Source: Cetorhinus maximus
Lineage: Eukaryota
Assembly (NCBI RefSeq): GCF_964194155.1
Contig: NC_135895.1
Location: 89,528,001-89,592,000 of the forward strand
Direction: 5' to 3'
DNA: 64,000 nt
The translations under genes and the position numbers were made by a program. Shown here in pieces: positions 1 to 11,788 of this stretch (position 1 is the stretch's first letter; each line of letters begins with the position of its first letter). The notes beneath the pieces were generated by a model that saw nothing but the letters and a program-made list of their open reading frames with translations, had not been told where the DNA came from and ran no database searches.

Positions 1-714
1 CAAAATGCATACCCTCACATTTTCCCACATTATATTCCATCTGCCAAGTTTTTGTCCACTCACTTAACCTGTCTATATCCCTCTGTAGACTCCTCACCAC
101 TTGCTTCCCCACCTATTTTTGTGTCACCCGCAAACTTGGCAATAGTACATTCATTTCCCTCATCCAAGTCATTAATATATATTGTAAATAACTGTGGCCC
201 CAGCACTGATCCCTGTGGCTCCACTAGTTATAGGTTGCCATCCTGAAAATGCCCCCCTTATCCCAACTCTCTGCCTTCTATTAGTTAGCCAATCCTCTAT
301 CTATGCTAATATACTACCCAAAACACCACGGGCTCGTATCTTATTAAGTAGCCTTGTGCGGTACCAAATATATTACATCTACTGGTTCTCCATTATCTAT
401 TCTGCTTGTTATCTCCTCAAAGAATTCTAATAGATTTGTCAGGCATGATTTCCCCTTCATGAATCCATGCTGACTCTGCTCGATTATATTATGTATTTCT
501 AAATGCTCTGCTATTACATCCTTTATAATAGACTCCAACATTTTCCCAATGATGGATGTTAAGCTAACTAGCCTATAGTTATCTGTTTTTTGTCTCCCTC
601 CCTTTTTGAATAAGGGTGTTACATTGGCAGTTTTCCAATCCTCTGGGACTTTTACAGAATCTAAGGATTCTTGGAAGATTATTACCAGTGCATCCACTAT
701 CTCTGCAGCTACTC
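1..714 (-). mobile_element. CR1-clade LINE fragment (ORF2 reverse transcriptase, decayed)
   Basis: Minus-strand translation gives VPEDWKTANVTPLFKKGGRQKTDNYRLVSLTSIIGKMLE...SQHGFMKGKSCLTNLLEFFEE...PVDVIYL, typical CR1 RT motifs. It continues towards the window start with frameshifts and a deletion. Confidence 0.95.
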
Positions 715-715
715 C

Positions 716-1322
716 CGAGGGAGGAGAAAGCAGGGAGAGAGAGATGAGATGGTGGGGAGAGAGTAGAGAAGGCGGGGAGTCAGGGGAGAAGGCGGAGAGA
801 CAGGGGAGAAGGCAGGGGGGACAGGGGGGCAGGGGAGAAGGCGGGGAGACAAGGGAGAAGGCGGGGAGACAAGGGAGAAGGCGGGGAGACAAGGGAGAAG
901 GCGGGGAGACAGGGGAGAAGGCGGGGAGACAGGGGAGAAGGCGGGGAGACAGGGGAGAAGGCGGGGAGACAGGGGAGAAGGCGGGGAGACAGGGGAGAAG
1001 GCAGGGAGACAGGGGAGAAGGCGGGGAGACGGGGAGAAGGCGGGGAGACGGGGAGAAGGCTGCAGGGGCTGGAGAAGGAGGCGGGGAGAGAGGGGAGGAG
1101 GAGGCGGGGAGAGGGAGGAGGAGGCGGGGAGAGGGGGAGGAGGAGGCGGGGAGAGGGAGGAGGAGGCAGGGAGAGTGAGGAGGAGGCGGGGAGAGGGAGG
1201 AGGAGGCAGGGAGAGGGAGGAGGAGGCGGGGAGAGGGAGGAGGAGGCGGGGAGAGGGAGGAGGAGGCGGTAGAGGAGTTGCAGAGGAGGTGGTAGAGGAA
1301 AGAGGGAGGAGGAGATGGATAG
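716..1322 (+). repeat. Purine-rich minisatellite: two related ~20-bp arrays (GGAGAAGGCGGGGAGACA(A/G)G, then GGAGGAGGCGGGGAGAGGGA)
   Basis: Tandem units are directly visible, and both arrays share the core GGCGGGGAGA. Confidence 0.95.
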
Positions 1323-1667
1323 AGGTGCTGAACACACAATGAAACTGAACTGGGAACTCACTTATTTCTACCACACTATTGATAATTCATTTCATAATGT
1401 GAAATCTCAGGCATTATATGATGCAGTATGCTTGTCTACTAGCTCCCCTCAATGGTGGTAACTGGTGTTTGTCGGAAGATCGGCTGACTAATGTAATATA
1501 AATTGTACTTCTGTAAAATATAAATATATAATATATAAAATATATATGTATACTGGACACAAATTATACAGCTAACAAGAACAATTCCTTCAAAACCAAC
1601 ATGAATGCTTTGGATAAAATTCACCAAAATAAATCTATTATTAATTACCATTCTAAAAAGCTGCGGC

Positions 1668-2007
1668 TTTTTCATTATTCTTTCATGCGATGTGGGGGTC
1701 GCTGGCACGGCCAGCATTTTTTGCTCATCTCTAATTGCCCTTGTACTGAGTTGCTTGCTCGGCCATTTCAGAGGGCAGTTAAGAGTCAGTCACATTACTC
1801 TGGGTCTAGTGTCACATGTAGGCCAGACCAGGTAAGGATGGCAGATTTCCTTCCCTAAAGGACATTAGTGAACGAGATGGGCTTTTATGATAATCGATGA
1901 TGATTATTATGGTCATTGTCATTTAAATACCACCAGTTGTCTCCGGAGCGTTAGCTGGGGCTGCTCGATTACTAGTCCAGTGGCATTACCACTATGCCAC
2001 TGCCTCC
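1668..2007 (-). mobile_element. tRNA-headed SINE with LINE-derived 3' tail
   Basis: The reverse complement starts GGAGGCAGTGGCATAGTGGTAAT (A-box-like). The body matches 27841-28145, and the tail (CAAGGGCAATTAGAGATG..ATGCTGGCC..GCCAGCGA) matches the LINE 3' ends at ~5652-5740 and ~22214-22295. Confidence 0.85.
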
Positions 2008-2959
2008 ATTACACCATTTAGAAAGTAATGGTAATTTGCTGCAGAACTCCAAATTTTTATATATATCTACATATAAAAGGGCAATAATCCTTGAAGCTAG
2101 AAAGTTACTTCACTCCTGAAAGTAAGACATTACAAAGAAAATGAACACACAATACACAGGACTGTGAAGGAATGCTACTTGTATTTTTATTCCAACACCT
2201 GGTCCTGGGAAAATCTTTGAAAAGGTTACCAACAATTGCAAGTGCAGATCATTTGATGCAAGAAAATGAAAACATACTTGAAGCACACATCACTTACAGA
2301 CAATGTTGGGAGCTTGCTTTCCCCAATTTAGGTCGATATGGGCACACGTCCCAAGGGATAGCAGCCTATAATCTACATCAATGCTTGTGTAAGAAGTATG
2401 GATATTGATTTCAAAATAATTTGCCCTGCCTCTTATCCAGCAATATCAATTACTTTTAGGGCTAGGTCAGTCATAGTCCATGCTTAAAAACTGACAAATA
2501 TGAATAATACTGAACGACAGATCGATTGAGCATAAGGGTTCTGTAAATTTGACCCACTCTCTCCTGGAAACCTCAAGCTTTCAACTGGAATAGAGACACA
2601 ATTAAATGCCATGGCTTGGGAAAGGGTTAAGCCGCAGCTGCTGTCTAATAATATAAGGTGCTAAAAAACATTCGCAATCTGAAATCTCTTGTACATTTGC
2701 TTCAAGGGAGTCCTGACAGAATTGATTTTATTTTATCCTGCCAAAAAATAACTTAATATAGATTTGAACTTCTCAAGTAGATGAAACATTAAAATAAAAG
2801 ACCAGGAGGGGTGGCGAAAGGTGTAAAATGTTGCATTAAGACAGCAAGGACCTCTGATAGCAAATACTGCCATTGACAAGAGCAATAGAAAAAAGTTCCT
2901 TATTGATTCACGTTTTTGTTTTTGGTTTAAGATTTTCAGTTATTGCCTGTGAAGCGCTG

Positions 2960-3146
2960 GATTATACAGCCCAACTGAATCTGGCTTTGATCGGTCTCTA
3001 AAAAAACTAGCAGATATTTCCATCGCGGATTCTAATGGAATTGGCTCAGAATTGATGTTAAAAATGAAGTAAAATGTGAAAAACTCAGTTGCTATATAAA
3101 CTGGTTGCAACGGTGCGGAGCCACATGATTGGGAACTGCCCTGATC
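2960..3146 (+). repeat. Local dispersed duplication, copy 1 (partner 4773-4966)
   Basis: Collinear shared blocks ATTATACAGCCCA, CAGATATTTCCATC, ATTCTAATGG.ATTGG.TCAGAATTGATGTTAAAAATGA, GAAAAACTCAGTTGCTATAT. Confidence 0.85.
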
Positions 3147-3899
3147 TATACAGAGCTAGCCCATTTACTATGCAGCAGCAATAGGGGTATTGGCAATTGG
3201 TCACAGTGCCTAGGTTAGAAAAAGGAAAAAGCAACTAGGAAAGTGATTCCTGATCATTATCCAGAGCTCCTGTTGGAAAATGTATGTCTGCAGATAGGAC
3301 CAAGATTGACAGTGATTTACCAGTCTGCTGATACTCTTTGTCTGAGCTATAACATAACTGGCAACTTGGATGAAGGCAACAGTGCTCATGGAATTGTGTC
3401 CCAACAAGAGTCAGCACTTCCAAAAGAAGGCAATAAGCAAAAAAAAAATCAAACAGAAGGCTCCTGTGTTGAGCAGGTAATAAAAATAAGGTTCTGATCA
3501 ATCCTCATTAAACTAAGCAAAAAAATCTGTTTAGCAGGACTTATCAGAGTTGATGTTAAAGATTCCAGTTACTTAAAGCGTTTCTCCAATGTCCTCATCA
3601 CAGAGTGATATGATACAGGTTCTTCCCCGCAATGTCACCACAGCCAAGCATTAAGTGGTGGCCAGGTATATGTACACAGAGAGGGCAAACTCCAAGCCAC
3701 TTTCTCGTGCTTTTGGTAGCTAGTTAACCCAAGGAGCAAATTATATTCTCTGTGACTGTGAGCAGTAGCCCTTCTCATCCTATTTATCTCTCTGCAGCTT
3801 TCATTACCCTCCTCCACTGTCCAGCTCAGTGGGACTACCCTCCCTTGATTCCACTCTTACCTTTGTGATTAAAGTCAGGGCATCAATACCAATACCAAC

Positions 3900-4060
3900 T
3901 CACTTTGGGAGTCCTCTAAGGTTGTCCTCAGCCCACTCCTCTTCCTTATTTACATGCTTCACTTTGGCAACATCATTTAGAGACAGTGTGTTAGAGTCAG
4001 CATGCACACTGATGATACCCAGATTTACCTCTCCACCATCTCGCCTGACCAGTCTGCTGT
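3900..4060 (+). mobile_element. L2-clade LINE RT fragment
   Basis: Degenerate translation LFLIYML..GNII....MHTDDTQIYLST resembles the L2 RT YADDTQLYLS motif. Confidence 0.65.
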
Positions 4061-4289
4061 CATTGGCTATATGGTACTTGACTGAAAGCAAATTCTGTGG
4101 GCCATAACCAACAAAGTACTTGAGCACTGTAAGTATTTTTGTGTAGCTTCGTATAGGCAGTAGTATAAAGGGGCCAACTTGTACACAGCAAGCACAGGAA
4201 CTTTCACTTAGAGGGGCATTGGCCACAATTCCCTCCGGCTAGACTTTAGGAAGAATTAAGTTATTGTCTTTGCTCCTCAGCCACCCGCA

Positions 4290-4420
4290 TCCATATCACA
4301 AACTATTGCCTTCCCACTAACTCCATTCTCCTCCCTACATTACAACTACCCATCATTTGTGGGCTGCATAGTGCTTTGAGACGTCCAGTGGTTGTGAAAA
4401 GCAAATAAATGCAAGTCTTT
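4290..4420 (+). mobile_element. L2/SINE-type 3' tail fragment
   Basis: GTGCTTTGAGACGTCCAGTGGTTGTGAAAAGCAAATAAATGCAAGTCTTT resembles L2/Deu-SINE 3' ends. Confidence 0.5.
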
Positions 4421-4446
4421 CATTTTTTCCTTTCTTTTCCCTGGCC

Positions 4447-4560
4447 ATAGGAACATAGGACTTAGGAACAGGGGTAGGCCCTTAGAGTCTGCTCTGCCAT
4501 TCAACAGGATCATGGCTGATCTGATTACGGTCTGAACTCCACTTTCCTGTCTGCCCTCCA
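4447..4560 (-). mobile_element. CR1 3' UTR fragment
   Basis: CATAGGAACATAGG...CTGCTCTGCCATTCAA.AGGATCATGGCTGATC is the same tail seen at 38380-38500 and, inverted, at 56090-56165. Confidence 0.75.
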
Positions 4561-4772
4561 CAAAAATGGCTGCAACATAACCAGTCTATTTTAGAACATT
4601 TCTTTCCAATCCTTTTATAATGTCCCCCACAATCAGCCACAAATATTCCTTGATCAAGGCCTACCTTTCCAAATGATGCCTGCAGTGTTCACTTGTCTTA
4701 GTCCCAATGCACTACAGGAACTATTACACTTATTTCAGAACGCTTTACTGATGATAGTAGAGGTCTTAAATG

Positions 4773-4966
4773 ATTATACAGCCCAGACACTTTATAATCT
4801 GGTTGATCTGTCCCAATAAAACTAGTAAACAGATATTTCCATCAAGAATTCTAATGGGATTGGATCAGAATTGATGTTAAAAATGATGTAAAGCTTGAAA
4901 AACTCAGTTGCTATATTCACTGCTTGCTACAGCATAAAGCCTCATGATTAGGAAGGTTCTGATCAA
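4773..4966 (+). repeat. Local dispersed duplication, copy 2 (partner 2960-3146)
   Basis: Same collinear blocks as 2960-3146. Confidence 0.85.
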
Positions 4967-5150
4967 ACACAGATTCAGAAGGGAAGGTTCTGCCTGACCA
5001 ACCTCCTCGACTTCTGTGAGGAAATTAAATCCCAAGTAGAATGTGGCATGATGTGGGGTACCTCATCTTCCAAAAGGATCTTGATTAAGTTCCACACAAA
5101 ACGCTACTAATTAAATTCAAAGTTGCAGGGATGTGAGGAACACTTTGCCA
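4965..5150 (+). mobile_element. CR1 RT fragment (old)
   Basis: Degenerate QHGF..GRSCLTNLLDF..E...FQK..DKVPH..L..K region. Confidence 0.65.
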
Positions 5151-5154
5151 GTTA

Positions 5155-5305
5155 ATTATTCCTGCCTTCCATCCTATCCCTATCATAGGGCTTCCCCGTT
5201 GTTCTTTCCTTCCGACCACCCCAGCCCCCACTCCTTACCACTTTCTCTGCCTCTACCCTTGCTCAAAACCTGTTACATCTATAACATTTTTCAGTCCTGA
5301 TGAAA
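5155..5305 (+). mobile_element. Probable Penelope-type pseudo-LTR fragment ending in a truncated hammerhead core
   Basis: A pyrimidine-rich tract is followed by CAGTCCTGATGAA and then breaks off. It resembles the sequence normally found upstream of the repeat at 45593-45697 (recalled). Confidence 0.4.
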
Positions 5306-5321
5306 TAAGATGCTGAACCAC

Positions 5322-5740
5322 CTTAAACATTCATTCCCTCCACCACCAACACAATGACTGCAGCGTGCATCATCAACAAGATGCACTGCAACAACTTACC
5401 AAAGCTCCTTCAACAGCACGTTCCAAACCCAGAACTCTACCATCTAGAAGAACAAGGGCAGCAGATGCTTGGGAACACCACCACCTGCAAATTCTCCCTC
5501 CGAGCCACACAGCATCCTGGTTTGGAACTATATCACCATTCCTTCACACCACTGGGTCAAAATCCTGGAACTCCTTCCTTAACAGCACTGTGGGTGTACC
5601 TATCCCACATGGGCTGCAGCAGTTCAAGGCGGCAGCTCACCACCGCCTTCTCAAAGGGCAACTAGGGATGGGCAATAAATGCTGGCCTAGCCAGCAACTC
5701 CTACATTCCGTTAATGAATATAAATAAATAAATAAAAAGT
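5322..5740 (+). mobile_element. LINE 3' end (ORF2 C-terminus plus tail), same family as 21985-22295
   Basis: Translation PRTLPSRRTRAADAWEHHHLQ...GSKSWNSFLNSTVG.P.PHGLQQFKAAAHHRLLKG, followed by an (AATA)n tail. Confidence 0.85.
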
Positions 5741-5824
5741 TATCAAATATGACAGCGAATCGATCAGACTGCACTTTGAATACTGCACCCAATTCTGGCT
5801 CTTTAGAAACAAGGGAGACATTCA

Positions 5825-6210
5825 ACACTGGAGCCACGAGGCTGACTGATCCTCAGTGTTGGGATCTGAGTTTTGAGGGAAGACTGCAGAAAACTGGTCT
5901 TATCAATCTGAAGAGAATGCGTCCCAGAGATGATCTCACATGGATCTATTACATTTTTTAGAGTATAGAAAAAGTTAATTACTTTTAATTAAATTGCAGG
6001 GCTGAGGAGTAAAACTTGGGGACATAGGTTCAAATTAGCAAAAGGTAATTTTAGGACCATTATCAGAGAATTGTTCATCGCACAAATGCAGATCAATGTA
6101 TGGAAAAGGCTGCCAGTTAAAGCTGAGGAGGCAAAAGCTCTAGAATCATTTAAGAAACAACAGCATGTTACAGTGGGGGGACATTAGGACCTTGCTAGAT
6201 GGATTAAATA
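5825..6210 (+). mobile_element. CR1 3' end (old)
   Basis: LSFEGRLQKTGLINLKRMR.R.DL, then GH.FKL.K..F and WKRLP motifs of the CR1 ORF2 C-terminus. Confidence 0.7.
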
Positions 6211-7419
6211 TAGGGTGAGTTCAAGGACAATTATCTTGTGATCATAATTCGTCACCTCAACTGACACCACAACTACCAGAAGCCACCTATCATCTCTTCA
6301 GAAGGCAACCCAAGTTTGGAAGGTTAAAATCTCTAATTATACAACTCGGTGTTACTTGACAATTGTACATAGAATGATGATTTCACACACTAAGTTGTAA
6401 TGAAATCCTGCTGACAATCCTCCAATTCAATTTTATCTTCAATACAGCACCCTTTGTATGGAATATAGCCTGATTACCACAATCTTTTTTAAGACTGCCA
6501 TTGTACCTCTTGTCCTGTGCTCTATGTCTTTGTTTGCTATCTTCCAAGTGGGAGCTGCACTTTTCTTTCTCCCTTCATTTATCATGGAGCACAAGTTGCA
6601 CTGAAATGTTTCTAAACCATTTCATTAATATTTACCCATATCCCACTCCCCTGCTTGAACTACACAACAGCTATCACCTGTTGGCATATCCCATAATATG
6701 GTAATGTCATTTACCCCGTAGTTGGCCTCCTGATTCATTTTACACGTAGAAAACCTTCCTGTGTGTCTAATCTTATGAGCCAATACCAGCACAGCCTCTG
6801 CTGATCTTGTTAGGTTCTAATAAAAATGTACGATAGCGTCCTCTGCTTTTAGCTCCCTAACAGAGTTGGATTTTCATGACCCAAGCAATGCAAAAACATG
6901 AATAGTTGTTTTACTGTGCTGAGTAAATAGCTTAGCCTTGAGGTTTTTTTTAAATTTTTGACCAACCCATCAGCCGAGGGGTCAGATTTCTTTTTTGGAT
7001 CATGAGCTAATGCTCTGTCCGAGGCTTGATGGAATCAGGAAAATTGGATTGTATCCACATTTAGTGGCCCCATATAGTCATCCTATTACTGGAGCAGCCA
7101 CAGAAAAACCTTTCAAATAACAGAGAATCTTCTGGACACTGCAAAAAAAACCTGTTTAATCCCCAAGCGATGCTTTAAGTAATAAAATGACAAAAATATA
7201 TTGCTTGTGCTGCAAATCTACAAAACCAAAACCCCTGAACTCTAACCTCGAGTTCTCCCTGTGCTGCATCAACTTAAAGTTGGAATTACTTATATAACAC
7301 AGCTATTCACCCACTCCAAGCAAATCAAGATAACTAGGCTTTAAGTGTAAACTACCAATTTGCAATATGCTTACAAGAGCAGTATACACCATGTTTAATC
7401 AATATTCACCATATACGGT

Positions 7420-8305
7420 TCTCCACATTCATAGATCCCCACGCAGTGACCCAGTGCTTGACCCACACTGCTCCCCAATGATCACCCCACACTGCTCCAC
7501 ACAGGCTGAGGCAGTGCTCCTCCCACACTCCTTTTCACAGACTGAGATGGTGTGCACTCCACACTGCGAGACATTGCTCGCCCCGCCCTGCTCCCCACAG
7601 ACTGTGAATTCGTGCTCACCCTACACTGCTCCCCACAGACTGTGAGACAGTGCTCCTCCCACACTGCTCTTCACAGAATGAGAGATCATGGTCTCCCCAC
7701 ACTGCACCCCACAGACATACAGACAGCGCCCACCTCACAGTTTCCCATAGACCTCATCAAGGTGGTCCCAGAGATGAGGAACTTCAGTTACTTGGATAGA
7801 TTGGAGAAACTTGGAGAAGAAAAGATTAAGAAGAGATTTGGTAGAGGTGTACAAAATCATGAGGGTTCTGGACAAAGTAGGTATGGGGAAAATGTCTCCT
7901 TTGGCAGGCGGAACAAGAACTTAGAGGACACCAATTTAAGGTGGTTGGCAAAAGAACTAGGGGCGACATGAGGAAAAACTTTTTTTTACCCAGCAAGTGG
8001 TTAAGATCTGGAATGCCAGGGAGTCTGATGGAGGCTGATTCAATTGAGGTTTTCAAAAGAGAATTAGATAATTATCTGAAGAGAAAACATTTGCAAGGTT
8101 ATGGGCAGAAAGCGGGGAACAGGACTAGATGAACTGCTCTTGCTGAGAACCAGCATAGACACAAAGGGCTGAATGGCCTCCTTCTGTGCTGTAACCATTC
8201 TATGACTGTGGCCTAGTGCTTGCCCCTCACTACTTCCTACAGACCGTGACTTAATGCTCCAGCCACTCTACTCCCCACAAATCGAGACAGCGATCCACCC
8301 ACATA
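7420..8305 (+). repeat. Degenerate ~30-bp minisatellite (CCCACACTGCTCCCCACAGACTGAGACAGTGCTC) interrupted by a CR1
   Basis: About ten units run from 7420 to 7755, and the units resume at ~8205-8305. Confidence 0.8.
7756..8204 (+). mobile_element. CR1 3' end (5'-truncated)
   Basis: VPEMRNFSYLDRLEKLG...RTRGDMRKNFF..W...EADSIEVFKRELDNYL, then the tail GGGCTGAATGGCCTCCTTCTGTGCTGTAACCATTCTATGA. Confidence 0.9.
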
Positions 8306-8864
8306 GCTGCTTATGCAAGTTGCTGCTCAATTGTAAAACACTTTGTGAAACAGAGTCATCTAAAGCTTCCACTCCTCTGTAAACATTTAATAGTGGTTAA
8401 ATGGAAGGATAAAAGGATGCTTAAGAGCAGCTCAATAAAAATACTGTCAGACATCAAAAAACACTCACATGTGACAGAAGTATTGCAGTCTAGACTCCAA
8501 AGAATAAATAAGTCTTAAGATGTATGAACCATAAATCACAAAGCATTTCTTATATGACAGAAACTAATCTGCCAATTAAATGTACAGTAACGGAAGCCTA
8601 TGAATACATTACAAGACTGTTATGCTAACAAAGGGAGTTCGATGATCCCAGTGAAGATGTACAACATCAGCACCTTGAATAAATGACCTAAATTTCTTTA
8701 TTGTAACACCACCAAAAATGCTACAAAAATTAATCTGAATCAAGTATATGGACCCCTTTTACTGCTGAATGATGCGTAAATTATTTAATACATTTAGTCA
8801 CTAAGTAATCTAAATGACTGTCCAACTGGCTGGTAGAAGCAGGGATTCTGGTAAGACATTGTTT

Positions 8865-9320
8865 CAGTAACAACGCTGGGTGGCGGCAGGACTGTGTGTT
8901 GGCATACCACCCTTTCACTTCTGGTCCTCACATTCAAATTTAGTTCAGATGAGGAGGAAAAATGGCTCCTCACTCAATCAGCAGTACGGATCCTGCAAGA
9001 AATGTGCTCTAGCAGCCTCAGTCAGCCACCAAGGACACAGATCCGCAAAATGAAACTGCCCCCAATCTACCACAATTTGTCAGCTTTAGAAAGGCGCTTT
9101 GGATGCCTGGTACAAGATCATAAAAAAGTCATGCTGATGTAGTAGGGAATATTTTTCTGAAGTTAGGCTTAGGGGGGCAAAGGGGAGTGAGCTTCCTTAG
9201 CACCTGACCATGTTAAATGAGACTGGAAGTACTCAATGGCAGTAACACTGGATCCTTGAAATAGGAAAATCTTCTACCCCAACACAAAAATCTCTCCAGC
9301 TAATGAGTATAAAAGTATAT
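8865..9320 (+). mobile_element. Ancient LF-SINE-like element
   Basis: CCTTTCACTTCTGG..TTCAAAT..AG..CAG...GAAATGTG...CTCAGTC...GGACA appears collinear with my recollection of the LF-SINE consensus; not checked by alignment. Confidence 0.45.
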
Positions 9321-10104
9321 ACAAAAAACAAGTTTTATTAAAGATTAAAATGTAAGGCCTTGAATCAGATCTGAAAGAAGGAACAGTTTCAAATTTTGGA
9401 AATTTGTCCCTTTCCATTGCAAGCAGTCTTTACTCTTTCCTTCAGGCTTTTGCCATCTTAGTGTTTCGCAGTCATTCATGCAGGTCATTATCAAACCAAC
9501 ACATTCTCATGTTAAAAAATCTGCCTAGGGCACCAGTGCCAAGAACATTCCCAGTTCAACCCTGAGAACGTGTTGAGCTATTCACCCTCAGCTAGTGCAG
9601 CTATCAGAACATTACAATTGGCCTCAATGCTCCGGGGTTAGGCAGAGGTAAAATAGAAATCACCTAGAGTTTCCTGCCCCCCATGGCTGAGTGGCTTATG
9701 GGCAGTCACTACTTGGGTTCACACAGATAGAATGCCACTTGGATAAAGTACTGGTACCTGCTGGCTTCTTGTAGAACCGAGCTCAAGCAGGAGCCATCAG
9801 GTTCAGGGGAGGAAGGGCCCAAAAAAATTAGAATCATGCACAAAGGGCAGAATCATCCCAGATTTGCACTATGTGCGGTAGCAGGCATGAAAGAAAGCAT
9901 TTTGCCCGCCGGCTGCATGGCGGGTTTTCACGCCACATCGTCCCCTTCCCACTTCATAAATTATGCAGTCACGGGAAACATGCTGGCTCGCTGGTGGCCG
10001 GCCTCCAATTGGCCAACCATGCCATTACTTCGCCGTTTCCTCACGCCAGGTGCCATATTTAAACTGCAGCTGCATGCACAGTTCTTAATGCTTGCAGGCT
10101 GGTG

Positions 10105-11788
10105 AAGGCAAGGCCCTGAAAGCCAAGAAAAATGCAGCCCCCGATTCAGTGACACAACCCCTGGGATGCCTTCTGAAGGCCGTGGAGGCTCGCTGCGATG
10201 TCCTCTACTCCTGCTCTGTCCGAGGAGGCCCATCAGTGTCACCACTCTGGCTTGGAAGGCAGGGGTGGTCAGTGCCAACACTGCACACTAGAGGCTGGTC
10301 ATCCAGTACAGAAAACAGATAAATGATCTTATCCGTGCTGCCAGGTTTTGTCATCATATCAACTCACCCGCTCACAAGCACATCACACGTTCGCTGGCAT
10401 CTCACTCATGGCCAGCTCAAGGGACATCACCACTCACACTCTCACATGCACCCTCACAGCTCTATCTGGCCTCATCTCTTCTGGAGATAGCCTCTTCATC
10501 TCGTCCATGGCTCTACTCAGCAAACACTCACGCCTGGCATCAGCCTTTGCTCACACTGTCTCCATCTGTCTTTATGCAGGACAAGATTGTGCATGCTCAA
10601 TGGGAGAGATCCCAGATGGGGGTTACTATGCCAGGCATCAAGATCGTCAGTCCGTTCAAGGGTCACGCGCTGGCCGGAGAGGATGTGGACCGTTCGTGCA
10701 ACGAATGTGAAGTCGGGGACGAGCACCCACTTAAAGATCCTGCACCACATCATCCCTGTCCTAACACTACTCTGAGTCCACTGTTCTGTGTTCAAAGCAG
10801 CTACCAAGCACTAATAATCTCCACCTTCTACCCTAGGCACAGCTGACACATCACCCTCAGGCAACCTTGACCCCAGCCCCAGTGCTGAGAGCATCTCGGA
10901 TGAGGACCCAGAGGGCAGTACTGTTGAATACCTATCAGGCACTCACCCACACCCTCCACCAGTGCAGCGGCACACACCTCGGTGGGACCTCGATGTAGAG
11001 TAGCCTCTAGATCACAATCTGGTGAGCACAACACACAATCTGTTCCACAGCAGGCAGAGGCAGGGAAATCCTTCATTGCCAGCACTCAGAGGACTGCTGG
11101 AGGCAAGGAATTTGCTGAGTCCAAGTCAGATGATGGGCCTCTGGGCTTGGAACTCAATCAGTTGGTGGAGCTGCAAGGACAATCATGCGACCATCAGGAA
11201 GGGATGTCTGGTGCACCCCTCATATTACAAGGGACAATGGAGGAGTCCATCTGCCTTCAGTCTGAGGTGTTAATGTGTCGACATGCCGGCGCTGAGGTCA
11301 ACACTGGCAGGATGGTGGCCGCCATGGAGATCTTGGTCCAGGACATCAATCCTGCACTGCTGCATGGGCTGAACTTCATCACTGAAGCCATAGTTGGTTT
11401 CCAACAGTGTCAATGTGAGAGTGGTATGGGGCAGCTCGATCTCACTCCAGCTTCCGCTTCTCCTCAAGAAGTCAGCCAGGGGTCATTAGGCACTCATAGA
11501 GAGGACGACTAGCAGCTCAATGCCCCGGAGCTATCCACTCAGGTGACTCCAGAAATGTCCGGCCGATCCATAGGCCCTCTTCCTATGACCCCCACTGCTC
11601 CAGCTCCACAGGCAGAGGAGGGTGCAGTTGGCCCACAGCAGGACACCCAAAGCCCTCCAGGTCTCGGCCCTCCAGAGCACGCATGTCAAAGTCACGACAG
11701 ACAGGGCGTAGCAGTCAGCAGGATGTCTCCACCTCCGCTGTGGATGTCGGGTGAGCACCAAGATGTAGTGGCAGGGTTAAGAAGATAG
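10105..11788 (+). pseudogene. Harbinger Myb/SANT-like (NAIF1/MSANTD-type) accessory gene, spliced, disrupted
   Basis: KAKKNAAPRFSD...LLKAVEARCDVLY...W...VSA...Q.RKQINDL, then an intron (~10345-10579, ending TTTATGCAG), then DKIVHAQWERSQMG. AATAAA lies at 11845. Confidence 0.8.

Noticed and set aside
830-1270. Regularly spaced repeats as a CRISPR array
   Set aside because: Head-to-tail tandem units with no unique spacers, in a vertebrate context with no cas genes.
344-1374. Long Pro/Ser/Leu-rich and Gly/Arg/Glu-rich ORFs, one fused to an RT fragment
   Set aside because: They are read-through of a stop-free minisatellite into a decayed CR1, not a gene.
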